Below are positions 43,673 to 56,000 of a stretch of DNA of 64,000 bases, one piece after another (within the stretch, counting starts at the first letter, position 1; every line of letters begins with the position of its first letter). The DNA lies in assembly GCA_951406725.2 (NCBI GenBank), contig OX597822.1, forward strand, positions 115,196,001 to 115,260,000, read 5' to 3'. The notes under the pieces are model-generated. The model was not told the DNA's origin. It searched no databases and worked only from the letters and a program-made list of their open reading frames with translations. This DNA is from Octopus vulgaris (taxonomy: Eukaryota). The translations under genes were made by a program, and so were the position numbers.

Positions 43673-44054
43673 TCTCTCTCTATATAAACGGCAGTTTGTC
43701 TGTGCGTGTTTCTGCGTGTCTGTTTGCTTGTACCCTCACCCTGACCACGGCTTTCAACCGATTCTGATGAAACTTGACACCCACATAGCCCAATGTTATA
43801 ATTCAAAACTAACGCAGCGAAAATTTTGAAAAGTTCCCCCAGTTCTGAAAAAAATCGATAAATTCGACATGGGGTCGAGAATCAGAAACACAAACTGCAA
43901 ACTGTCTAGGGGACGCAACTCCACCTTTTTTAACTAAAAAAAAATTTACCATCATTTTTTACCATTTTTTTGCTATTTTTTGGCTATAACTCTCTAAAAA
44001 TGCTTTATAGTTATTTCCCTTACAAACCTGAGCAACGCCGGGCGATACTGCTAG
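43673..44054 (+). mobile_element. Non-autonomous Helitron
   Basis: A|TC start, subterminal hairpin and CTAG|T end, no TSD. Confidence 0.8.
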
Positions 44055-44809
44055 TAATAAATACAGACATTATAAAAATTGAATGTGTGTGTGTAAGTGT
44101 GTGTAAGTGTGTGTGCGTGTGTGTGTGTGTGTGTATGTGTATTCTCATCCAAAATGGAGACTATTACCAACATTCCCAAATGGCGCGCAATAACAGTTTA
44201 TTGAGCAATAACAGTTAATACTGTTTCAGAAATTTCCAATCGAAAAATAACAGTTATTGCAATTACTCCTGAAATCTGCATTTTCGTCCATTGACGAGTT
44301 TTCGGTCGCATTATTTACAAAGACGAGTCCGGGTACGAAACGTCCTAACTTTTCAGTGTTGGCTCTAAGTTTTATAGAAATCTTTAGCAATATGCGCGCG
44401 TGTGTGTATGTGTGTGTATGTGTGTGTGTGTAACAATTGTTCCAAGTTGTTGCAACAGAATACCCTTCGTTAAAGGTTCACTGAATGCCATGTAGTGGTG
44501 TTAAACCGAGCGACGGATGAAGTCTACCCCTGTAGAATATGAAAAAGTGTGTGTGTGTGTGTGTCTGTGAATTTGTGTATGCGTGTAATGCATGGGGATA
44601 ATATTGCTATTTTCACGGAGAAAATATTGCTCCTTATTCATTTATTATGTAGAAAAAGAGAGGAAAAAAGAAAGATTCAGAAGTCTTATCAAAGGCTGAA
44701 TATCTACAGAAGGAAGGTTTAATTCATATCCATGCATTCTTACTTAACCTCAGATCGACCTTGATCGTAGACAAATAAGATGTAAAATGTTAATATAGAT
44801 TATCTCAGT

Positions 44810-44962
44810 AATAATGGTTACAAATTGTGGCACAGGACCAATATTCATTGAGGCTAGGGGCGCTAGTCGATTACATCAACTCCAGTACTTAAGTGTTACT
44901 CATTTTATCAACCCCGAAATAATGAAAGTCAAAGTCCACCTCGGCGGTATTTGAACTCAGAA
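44810..44962 (-). mobile_element. SINE family 2 fragment
   Basis: AGTCGATTACATCAAC..TTTATCAACCCCGAAA..AAAGTCCACCTCGGCGGTATTTGAACTCAGAA. Confidence 0.72.
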
Positions 44963-45025
44963 GAGTGTGTGTGTATCTGTAAGTGCATATGTATGTGTAC
45001 ATACATATGTATATATACATATACA

Positions 45026-45095
<70 letters not shown>

Positions 45096-45621
45096 TACGA
45101 GCAAAACGCCCCCGTCCAATGGACGCAGCTGAGTTGTCAAACATTTAAACCAAATTTTCTCAAAACAACTTGTCCGACCATCTCATACACATCCCCTTTG
45201 AGAAACACTGATTTAACCTAAATTTGAGACATCAGCAAAAGAAGAAATAAAGATAGATTTTTTTTCTGTTCCAAAGAAAAACGATTTATTCACACAAATA
45301 TGCAACCGAAGAGTTTAAAGTACCAGTAATGTTAAGGCTGTTGACTGGGAGAACACAAGCATAGTTTAAACTGTAAGCTTGGCAGGAAAGAAATGCACCT
45401 TTAAACAGTACAAAAACAACAAAAAATGGAAGGTGCAGTTCTGTACAGATTGACGGAAGAAAAGCAGGACAAAAACGATGCATGCAAATGGGTTAGCTGG
45501 AGGTATATCTAGATGGAAAAGCATGAGGAATTTATGAGAACGTACCTGGGACAATAATAAGTTTATCCGATAAAACATATAGGAAATCAACTTGGGGCGA
45601 TTTTTGATGAATAGTAACAAC

Positions 45622-45936
45622 CTAGGGAACTAAGTAACTAATTTTATTATTTCAAGCCAGCCGGCTTTTTTTGCGCAAACTGCACGTGCATTTTTCTCGC
45701 GTACGCGTAGTATCAATCGCAACAGCTGATGTACTTGCGCGTACAAATGCACGTTCCCACGGCTTTATCGATCGCATTCTCACCTGGAATCGATTTTTGT
45801 AATTTTTCCAAAACTTATACACGCCCTGATACCGTCGGTATTTACATATCAAATTTGAGCGCAATCGAATGGAGGATGCCCGAGATACTAGAAGACACAC
45901 ACACAGACAGGCAGAATGGATTTTATATAATAGATC
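45622..45936 (-). mobile_element. Possible non-autonomous Helitron-like element
   Basis: Minus strand starts A|TCTATTATATAAAA..CTGTCTGTGTGT, like the 5' end at 43673; CTAG at 45622 but no clear hairpin. Confidence 0.4.
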
Positions 45937-46611
45937 TATCTTATGTATATACTTCTATATATGTATAAATACACATGTATATACACACACACACACAGGT
46001 TTCTGTGTGCTTGTGAGTGTGCATGTGTGTGCGTGCGTGAATATTGGGGTTGTCATGAAGTTGCCTAACATTGTCTAATATTATATTGTGAAGATCCACC
46101 CACGAAATATTTGTGGGTGTATCACTGTAAATGAAACAAAAATATCGACGACAACAATGAAGCACATTGCATAGAGGTATGGTTTACCTTGACACCGTTG
46201 AAGCATCTGCTGATAGGCCTGATCCAACCGCAATCACACTAAAATGAATAGTAAGCAAAAACTGCCACAACAAGTTATAACGAATACAATACAACAACAA
46301 AATTACGACTACAAGTTCTATTATAGACGCAATACTGGGAGGTTGTAGAGAGGGTTTCATCGATTATAATTTATCCCCGTACATAAGAGATTCATTTTAC
46401 TACTGACCTTTGGAATGATGAAAATTAAAATGGACGATCGCTGAATTTAAAGAACAATAACAATAATAAAAATTAAAATAATACTTTGTAAAATAGGGAC
46501 AAGAATAGAAATTTTGGAGAAGGAAGTAAGTCGATTGACCCCAGTGGTCAACTGGTAACTTTTTCATCGGCCACAAAAGGATGAAGGGCATAGTCAACTT
46601 CGGTGCAAATT

Positions 46612-47690
46612 GAGGATGATGGCAACAGACAGACCGTTTGACCACTGGAACGCGTCCCTTCCACAAGAATTTAAATAAGAGACGCTCCAACCTGGTCAAG
46701 CAAGTAACCGTGTCAAGGCACGACGGTCAGGAGATAAATGATAACAGAGGGGGTGTGAGCATTCACCAGCTCTGTCCGACCTTTCAGAGACAGCTTCCTT
46801 TCAGCCCATTTCTGGATAAGACTGGCTACCTCGTCCTAATTTTTATCAATCTATAGGTCGGAACTTAACCAGACCCCAAGCAGTTTAACAAGTTCGTCGG
46901 CCCTGTGTCCGACAATGCAGTCCGATAGCACCGTTCTGCTTCTCCAGGAGCCCAACCGCAAACCCACCGATTTGTTGGCGTTGATTTTAGCCCTTGCAAC
47001 CGACTCATATTTCTTTACCGACCGTCTCCACTTCGTAGGCATCCGACACCATGACGACACTGCCTTTCCTTGCCCCAGTTCGAAAGGGATGCCCTTTAGC
47101 TGTTCCAACTTCCGCAGCAGTAGCTCGAGTGCCAATACGTACAGAAGAGGCAGCTCTGACGGACCGGGCGTGCGATGCCAAACGGCTCCGATAGGTGGCC
47201 GTTTACTTTGGCCACTGAACAGGTGCTGCTGTGCATTGCAGCGATCTAGTCTCTGTAAAAACGGGTCCGAAACCAGCTTTCAAGACGGCTTCCAAGTAGA
47301 GATGGTCGACCCTATTGAATGCTTTTGATTGATCGAAATTGATCAGAGCACCCCCGAAGCCAGCTTTGGTTCTAGACCTCTCTATGATGTATCACATAAG
47401 GTGGGAGGTTGTCGTGTATAGACTAGCTCGGGATTGCGCACGTTTGCATTTCTCCGACCAGGCTACCGTTGACGAGCGCCAACCTTTTCGTTAACACCTT
47501 GGCCCAAATCTTAAACTCTGTGTTTAGCAGAGTTATAGGCCGAAAATTCTCTAGTACGTCCCCATTGTTGGCGTCCTTCCTCATCAGTGTCCTCACCCCT
47601 TTGCTAGCAGCACTAGGAATTCTCCCGTTCTGTTACCAGTCATGGTAGACGTCTGTCAAGAGGTCGCCAAACATAACTGGCATGAATATA
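46612..47690 (-). mobile_element. Decayed Tx1/L1-clade LINE, RT domain fragment
   Basis: Minus strand: ENFRPITLLNTEFKIWAKVL, INFDQSKAFNRVDH, LYVLALELLLRKL, AKINANKS.GL.LG.W, FKFLWKG. Confidence 0.85.
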
Positions 47691-48414
47691 TAGAATTCAT
47701 AGGGTAGACTTTTCTATGAGAATTAACATTTCTAATAAATATAGGAGAATTAATCCTATGGAAAGCAGTATCCCCTGATGTATATCTGTAGCCTTGGTAA
47801 ATGCTTAGAAAGTGGGGAAAAAGAAATTCAAGAATACTTCCAGACTTTGGAAGAACATAACAGCCTAAACTTTTAAAATTTTCTTTGCATAGAGACAGCT
47901 TAAACAAGAACAGATTTTGACGACTTTAGCCATATCATATGCAATATCTTAGATCACCATTGTCTTCTTAAATTTAATTCCGAAATATACTTTCTTGCAG
48001 AGAATTAGACTAATCTGTTTGTCTTTGTTTGCTTCTAAGTATTTATCTACTCATATGTACGTCGTAGGTGTATTTTATCTCTGACCGTCCAAATCTCTAT
48101 ACCATTGCAATCATTTGACTTAGCGTTTTGCATAAATTGACAGAAGCACTACACAACAAAATCAATTAAAAAGAATATCAATGAAGATCGGTGAAATATC
48201 ACAATTGCAACAGACTCACAAAACGGTGAAATATCACAATTGTTATCGATGACTTTGATTCTATACTGTCTGTCAACAACGCTTGCGATGAAACTGATGA
48301 CAAATTGTATTGGCCCAAGTCTGTAGCCTTTATTTTGGATAAACAACCGTGAGGTAGATAGGGGAGACCTAAGTGCATGGGCAACTAACTCTTCCATTCT
48401 GTCTCAAAAAAATA

Positions 48415-48865
48415 TTTTCTTGCAAAGACCAAGAAAATCATTTCAATTGTGCTCACAGTCCCGTGGAAATAGGGGTGTGATAAGGCCCACGAATTAAAAC
48501 GTGCAAAATATGAGAGCCTTCTGCGGGATTGCAGGGAGAAGTTATGGCTTTTCCCAGTCGATGTTGGCTGTAAGGGGTTCCCTGCTCAGTCGACATGGAA
48601 GATGCTTACAGTTATTGGAATTAGAGGAAAAGAACGAAGGGCAGCTGAAAAAGCTTCTTGTTGACTTTGGAGAAAGAGAGAGGAATTAAGCTGGAAGCCA
48701 GGATGAGATGGAAAGCAGTGATTTGCACACCTCTGTTGGCCCACCAACGAGAAGGTGTTAGGGTTCAGGGTCGAAACACCTGTTGAACTGATGACATCAG
48801 TTCCTCCTGGCGAAAGCTCCATTCAATTTGGTAAGTGGAAAAAGCAACTTCTGGGTGCTATCACC
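48415..48865 (+). mobile_element. Hero-like RLE non-LTR retrotransposon, 3' fragment
   Basis: Translates (with stops) as KKIISIVLTVPWK*GCDKAHELKRAKYESL..CREK..WLFPVDVGCKGFPAQS..AAEKASC*LWRKRE, the Hero-clade RLE pattern. Confidence 0.75.
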
Positions 48866-49038
48866 ACACACACACACACACACATGCATGAAAAATCGAT
48901 GACTGGGATAGCTAATAGATGGTAACACGGAACGAACCGGGCGTTTTCACACTGCATTTTAGCAGTTGAAATATGTCACAAACATATTTCAACTAACCTA
49001 AATTTTTTTTATGCCTAAATACTGCTTAGCGCTAACAT

Positions 49039-49093
<55 letters not shown>

Positions 49094-49389
49094 AAATGTA
49101 TATATACATATAAACATACATACATAGCCACTGAAGCAGTATCAATACCAAGAGGTAATCTTGTTCTCTAACTTAACGTGGGAGTTGTGTTAGAACACAG
49201 AGTACTGCGTAATTAACCTTGAGAGGATCTCTCATGTGGACTCATAGCACATAAAAACGCTCGTAATTATATCGCTGACAGATGATAACCGTCTGCCATG
49301 GCCGCCTGAACTGTCAGATCACGTGATTTCTCTGTGATTTTGCTGACAAGTGAGGTTAGATAGACAGGCCTACAAATTTTAGCCTCCGC

Positions 49390-50025
49390 TCTGTTTCCTG
49401 CTTTGGAAAAAGATCAGCAGTGATCTTGCTAGAGCTCCTTAGCATTTCTTTGGGAGGATTGCTGGGAATCTATCATAGTCTGCGACTGAGTTTAAACGCA
49501 TTTCATCAATGGCTGATAGTACATCAGATTCTTCTATTTCGGTGTAATCGATAATCCCTTTGTGTAGAGTTGTGGTGCTGAAGACCTGTTAAGTTATGGC
49601 TATTTGCAAGCGTTCCATCGAAGTTGTGGAAACACTTTTGTGTTGCACATTCAGAATTTCACTTATCTTCTCCGGCTCTGCAGTTAACGAGTCACTTTCT
49701 TTGAATAGTGGCTCTATTTTGTACCGTATCGAAGCAGACTCTTTTGCAAATCTATAGAAGGCTTTAGGGTTTGCTTACGTTTTATACAACCCTGCCTACT
49801 TTTTCTGCCCTGTCCTGTTCATGGGAACGTTTAAGTTCACTTTCAATCGCAAGCAGTGTTTGTTTAAGAAAAGATTCTTTCCTATCTTTTAGTGGCCCAT
49901 TCAAATGATTTAAAGTCTTTGCTTGTCGTCTCATAAAAATCTTCATATCCCTGGGAATTAAGTTTTGTTCGTTTGACATAGTCCTCGATGTAAACTTACT
50001 ACGTATGTCATGCATGACTGTCACA
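49390..50025 (-). mobile_element. Decayed CR1/Jockey-group LINE fragment (region upstream of RT)
   Basis: Minus strand: ANPKAFYRFAK..EKISEILNVQHKSV and IEESDVLSAIDEMRLNSVADYDRFPAILPKKC. Confidence 0.68.
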
Positions 50026-51034
50026 AATATTTGTTTTTATATCGAGTTATAATACAAAAATATTAAACTGAAAAATTACTCAAAATACTTTTTAGTGTAC
50101 ATGTTCATTGTTCATTATAAATAATCGTTATTTGCACCGTCTACAGCGAGATCTGGAATGAATCTTTGCATATTTATTCATAACGCGCAGGAGCGTAGCT
50201 CTTTGGAAAATAACTTCACCCTTTAATGACAATATGTTCAATATGTTCAGCACAATCATCTCACTGGTGCACGGCATTCTCCGTTCACAGGTGTTTCGAC
50301 ATATTGTGTCTCATCAGTCAGAAGTAACCGGAGACTAACCAAATCCGATGGCTTCCTTCATTGTTTGAGCGGACTAATTGTTTTCTGAAAAGTATTCTTT
50401 ATGGTTTTAGTAGAGTGACAGTGGCATTGAACTTTCGGCCAGATAGTCTTCGAAACTTCGAAGTCGCTGTCCTTCTTACTTGCAAAGGTATAACCGATAT
50501 AATACTAAAAGTCTGTGATTGCTTGCTTGCGTGCTTCTCTGTAATTTAATACAGCCAAACCGGTGCATAATGGGAAAATACTCTGAAAGTAAGATCACCC
50601 CTGAAATGTGGATACAAACAGAATAAAACAAGTTTCGCGTAAATCGGGGGACGGATTCCCAAGATACGCGGTTTTTTAGGTTTGTTTCCACAAATGTAAG
50701 CAGTGAAATCTAGGGTTATTGCCCTTTACTCAGAACATCTGGATAGTTTTGTTTGCGTGCTTGTCTGTATTTTAATACGGCCAAACCGGCGCATAATGGG
50801 GAAAAATACTGAAAGTAAGATCACCCCTGAAATAGGAATACAAACTGAACAATAGACGTTTCGCGTAAATCGGACCACAGGTTCCCAAGATACGCGGTTT
50901 TTTGTGTGGGTGGGGGTACCTTTATGATTGCCTGCTTGCGTGCTTGTTTGTAATTTAATACAGCCATGGCCGCCTGAACTATCAGTGACTTCGAAGTTTC
51001 AAAGACTATCAGACCGAAACTTCAACGTTGCTAC

Positions 51035-51511
51035 CATCTCAACTCCGCATATTTAGTTCAAACGTAAAATTTGTGCTTTTGTATAGCTCTGAAACATGGA
51101 GAGCCACCTGCAACAACTACAAGAAGATCCAGACAGTCATCGACATATGTCTCCGGCAGATCCTCCATCTGAAGTGGTTCGACAGAGTGTCAAACACAGA
51201 CCTATGGCAAAGGGCCAACCAGGAGTCCATACATGTTCAGATTAGACGAAGGAAATGGAGATGGATCGGGCACACACTGTGGAAAGAACCCTCAAATGTG
51301 GAACGACAAGACTAGAACTTGACTAGAACCTGCAGGGGAAAAGGAAGCGAGGACGCCCGAAGCAGACATGAAAGCGGAGCATTTTGGACGAGTTCAGGAC
51401 CACCGGCCTGACATGGGACGCAGCCAAGAAACACGCCAATGACCGCAAAAAGTGGAAAACAACTGTGAGGCCCTATGCTCCACAAGGGGCAAAAAGGATT
51501 GAGAAGAAGAA
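51035..51511 (+). mobile_element. RTE-type LINE 3' fragment with (GAA)n tail
   Basis: LRIFSSNVKFVLLYSSETW..IRRRKWRWIGHTL..NLQGKRKRGRPKQT. Confidence 0.85.
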
Positions 51512-51721
51512 TACCGGCGCATAATGGGAAAATACTTTGGAAGTAATGTACCATTGAAATGTGAATACATACGGAATAAAACAAGTTTCGCGTAAATCGG
51601 GGGACGGGTTCCCGAGATACGCTCTGTTTTAGATTAGCTTTATAAATAGCCAAACCGGTGCGTAATGGGGAAAATGCTTTGAAAGTAAGGTACCATTGAA
51701 ATGACAATACTTGAATTAAGA

Positions 51722-52106
51722 GGGCGAGCTGGCAGAAACGTTAGCACGCCGGGCGAAATGCTTAGCAGTATTTCGTCTGCCATTACGTTCTGAGTTCAAA
51801 TTCTACCGAGGTCGACCTTGCCTTTCATCCTTTCGGGGTCGATAAATTAAGTACTAGTTACGCACTAGGGTCGATGTAATCGACTTAATCCGTTTGTCTG
51901 TCCTTGTTTGTCCCATCTGTGTTTAGCCCCTTGTGGGTAGTAAAGAAATAGGTATTTCGTCTGTCTTTATGTTCTGAGTTCAAATTTCGCCGAGGTCGAC
52001 TTTGCCTTTCGTCCTTTCAGGGTCGATAAATTAAGTACCAGTTGGTCGATCTAATCGGCTGGCCCCCTCCCCCAAAATTTCGGTCCTTGTGTCTAAAGTA
52101 GGAAAG
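51722..52106 (+). mobile_element. Dimeric SINE family 2: full monomer with Tx1-like tail, then a partial monomer with the alternative tail
   Basis: GTATTTCGTCTG..TTCTGAGTTCAAATT..GAGGTCGAC occurs at 51767 and again at 51952; AATAC is duplicated on both sides of the insertion. Confidence 0.85.
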
Positions 52107-52497
52107 AATACAAACGGAATAAAACAAGTTCCAAGTGAATCGGACCACGGGTTCCCGAGACACGCGGTTTTTCCGAGTACCTTGAACTACTGATAACCCA
52201 ATGGGTCACGGGAAGTCTAGCATATATGATTCTTTCTTTCTTGTTTGTTCCCGTCTGGGCTATGAAAGGTCTTTTTTATACTTTTGTTGGTCGTAATTAT
52301 TCATACAAATATGTAATTCCTCGCGAAGAATCTAATTTTCATTTCAAGAGGAGTTTTTCGTGTTTGTCTTTGGAATTAATTAAACTCCGAAACACAATGT
52401 AGAATTTATATTAGATCTGTACCAACCTGGATTATGAATTAAAGATCGTCTACACCTACAATTTTTTTTCTTTTCCTTATACTTCAATTATATATAC

Positions 52498-52981
52498 TAC
52501 ATTGAGGAAAAGGATCATGCGCAGTGATAAAATAATGATTTTTTTTTTCGTAAGAATTTATCCAAAAACAACAACAACTTTTCATTTTCCACGACCTTCT
52601 CTCAATGATCTGCAAGCTTTCGGATTTGGTCAAAGTACCAATCCTTCGGATTTGAATCGAAAAATTCTTGACAGGCTTCTTCAACTTCATCGAATGACTT
52701 TTCATAACGTGCTGCACTGATCGGGAGAGACTGTAGTCAGATAGAGCAATGTCTGGACTATAGGCTGAATGCGGCAGAACTTCAACACCGTCCAGTTCTT
52801 CAATCGTGCGGCTTTGCATTGTTTTGTTGAAATAGAGCGCGATTTCGACAAACAAGCTTTGGTTACTTTTCAACAGTGAGTCATCATTGAACACGACATG
52901 AACTGAATGGACACACACACCACAAAAATATATATAAAAGCATTATTTTCACACGGCGCACGAACTTTTTCCTCAACCTAT
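52498..52981 (-). mobile_element. Internally deleted, decayed mariner
   Basis: EVLPHSAYSPDIALSDYSL; imperfect TIRs TTGAGGAAAAGGATCATGCGCAGTG / CACGGCGCACGAACTTTTTCCTCAA. Confidence 0.8.
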
Positions 52982-53096
52982 TATATCATTGTATCGAGCA
53001 AATATTTTTATGCACCGCTGGTCACAGTGGGCTTCCTCACATTGCAGACAGGCCAACATTACTCCTGAATGGAAAGCTAGTCCGTCGCTGGGGTAC

Positions 53097-56000
53097 TGTT
53101 GTAACGTAATTTGTCACGTACACTAAATAAGACATCAGACATCTACTGCGAGAAAGTGTAATTTCTTTTATTTTTTCTTTCCACTACCTCTCCCTCTTTT
53201 TTATTTTACTTGTTGCATATTAATTGTTGCCCGACTTTTAAGGTAGTATTGTTCATTGTACACAACACTTTTTCTTTTCGTTGTACTAAGCATTCTTTTT
53301 TGTTGTTTTTTTTTATCAAAAATTAATATCTGTTACATTTAGGCATTACTTCCAGATATCCAGTTTGTTTTCGTTTTCTGAAGCTAGCTATACGGGGTTC
53401 AATATCTCTTGGTGTTGGCACCTCAAACATCATGGAAGACTTCCATTGAAATTACCTTTCGTTCTTCTGTATATCTCATCTTTAACTGGTTAAGGTGTCT
53501 CTTATGTTTCGAACGTTGTCCTTTAATCAAATATATCATGTTACCTAATCTTTTGATCACACAGCCACCCTCCCAACCTTCTTTACCATTTTTGTAATTT
53601 TTAAAATGAACTTTATCTCCTACTTCGAAATGTTTTGTAATATTTCTTGTATTTCCTTCAAATGTATTTTTGTCTTTCCTTTATATGTATTTTTTCCTGG
53701 CAATAATTTATCAAAGATCGATTTTATTTTACGCGCGAACACTAACTCTGCTGCTGACTTTCCTGAATTAGTATTTGGATTTGGCGTTATTCTATACGCT
53801 GTCAAAAATGTTGCCAGTGCCTCGTCAGTATCTAGCATTTCCGTGATTTTCTTAGAGCTCTTTTCAACGTGTCGACAAATCTTTCCGCCTGCCTGTTTCA
53901 CCTCGGGTGGTAGGGCGGCGTAAAGATGTTCTTTATGGCATGTATTTTGCAGATATTTCTTAATCCATATCCCGTGAATTGTGTTCCATTATCTGAAACT
54001 AAATTGTCAGGAACACCGTATCGAGAAAATAGCTCGAGTAGGAACTTTATTGTTGTCTTTGCTGTGGGTTTATTACATCTGCACACCTCTGACCACTTTG
54101 TATAACTATCCACAACGATTGGATAGTATGCAGCTTTCACTGGTACAGCGTAGTCGATATGTAACCTGGACCATGGACTTTCAGTCTCCGACCACGATTG
54201 GTTTTTTACTGTTGGTGCTTTGGTTGCCAATGCGCAACCTCTACATGCTTCCATCAATTCCTCGATGTCCCTGTCCATAGTCGGCCAGTATACAAAGCTC
54301 CTAATTAAAGCTTTCATTCTGGACATTCCCGAGTGCCTATAGTGGAATTGTTGCAATACTCGTTTCTGTAGTGCACTTGGTACTACTACTTTCTGCGCGT
54401 ATTTTAAGACATTGTCGCATAGTGAGAAATTATTTCTTTCGTCTTTGTAATGTAACTAGCCTCTGCGGATTATACACAATAATTCTTACTTCATTTTCAG
54501 ACTGCAATGACGCTATCACGGTCTCTTCTAGCGGCCGAGATAAGCAGTCTGCATGACCAATTTTCTTCGACGGAATATGCTGCATCTTAAAATTGTAGTT
54601 CAGCAATAGTGTACCCTAGCATTGTAGTCGGCTCGCTGTATGGGTAGGCGATCCCTTCTTTGATCCAAAAATTGATAGCAAAAGTCGATGGTCGGTTTGT
54701 AACAAAGAATTTTTACCACGGAGGAATTTATAAAAAATTTTTCCGCAAAAATAATCGATACAGCTTCCTTCTCTATCTGACTATAATTTTTCCGCTGCTA
54801 TCAGCGAACGTGAAGCAGGAACTATTGGCTTCATTATTCCATCTTTATACTTGTGTAGCAAGACTGCTCCTATTCCATAATCCGAAGTATCAAACGCTAC
54901 AACAATGTCCATTCCAGGATCGAAATGTGCTAGTAACAAGTCAGGAATTCGAATTTTCTTTATGTCTTCAAATGAGGTTTGGCACTTTACTGATCGATTC
55001 CATTTTACTTCTCTTTGTAGTAAATCGTTCAATGGTGCTCTCAATTTATGTATATTTGGAATGTACTGTTGATAGTAAATTACCAGGCCAAGGAAAGCTT
55101 GTAATGTCGGTATATCCGTTGGAGGAAGCATATTCTTGATTGCGTCTGCCCTCGACGGGTAAGTACGACTTGCATTTTTATCTATGATTTGACCTAGGCA
55201 TTTGATTTTAGGCCAAAATATTCACACTTCTCTTCACTGAGTGTGAAACCATAATCTTTAATTTTTTAAAGACACAGTTCACGTGTTCAATATGTTCATT
55301 CCGCGATTCGCTTTTGATTAAGACGTTATCAAGGTAAGGAATAGCCAATTGACTGTCTGCCAACATCGCATCGATCACCTGTTGAAATATTGCAGGTGCT
55401 ACCTTCAGTTCAAAACGTAGTCTATTATATTTGTATAGTCCTCTGTGCGTGTTGGCCGTTAACAGCTTGGATCATTTTTTATCTACTTTGATTCGTAGAT
55501 TTACGTCTGACAGATCGAATTTTGACAATATTTTACCTCCGTTTCATTTTGTAAAAATATCTTCTGGGGTCGCTCGTGGCTGATGGTTCATTTTTAAACA
55601 GTCATTTAAATCGGTCGAAAAATCGGCACACGACCTAATTTTGTTGTTTTTCTTTTCTGTGCCATCCATTTCGCGTAATCCACTTTTTCAATGATTTCTT
55701 TTTATTTTTTTTTCTAATCTGTCCAACTCATCGTCCACTTGTTTTATTGCCGCAAAAGAGACTTTCTTATTAGGCTTGAACACAGGTGTAATGTTATCAT
55801 CTAATTCAAAACACGCTTCAGTCTTTGTGCATAGACCTAGTTTGTCCGAGAGCTCATGCGGAAACATTAAAAAAAATTTTCTCTTTAACTCTTCAGAAGA
55901 ATTATTTTCAGACGGACAACCATTTATGTTTTTACAATAGAGATTTATGGGCAGATTTCACTGTTTTTCTCAAAATAGGTCTCCCTATTTTCTTCTATGT

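Larger units (their letters stand above)
50517..52172 (+). repeat. Four diverged copies of a about 155-bp unit; copies 3 and 4 are split by an RTE fragment and a SINE
   Basis: AAACCGGYGCATAATGGGAAAATAC..GAAAGTAAG..TTTCGCGTAAATCGG..TTCCCAAGATACGCGG at about 50517, 50750, 50926/51511 and 51645/52107. Confidence 0.82.

Noticed and set aside
50517-52172. Repeat-spacer pattern as CRISPR-like
   Set aside because: Units are about 155 bp and diverged, and the large interruptions are ordinary transposon insertions
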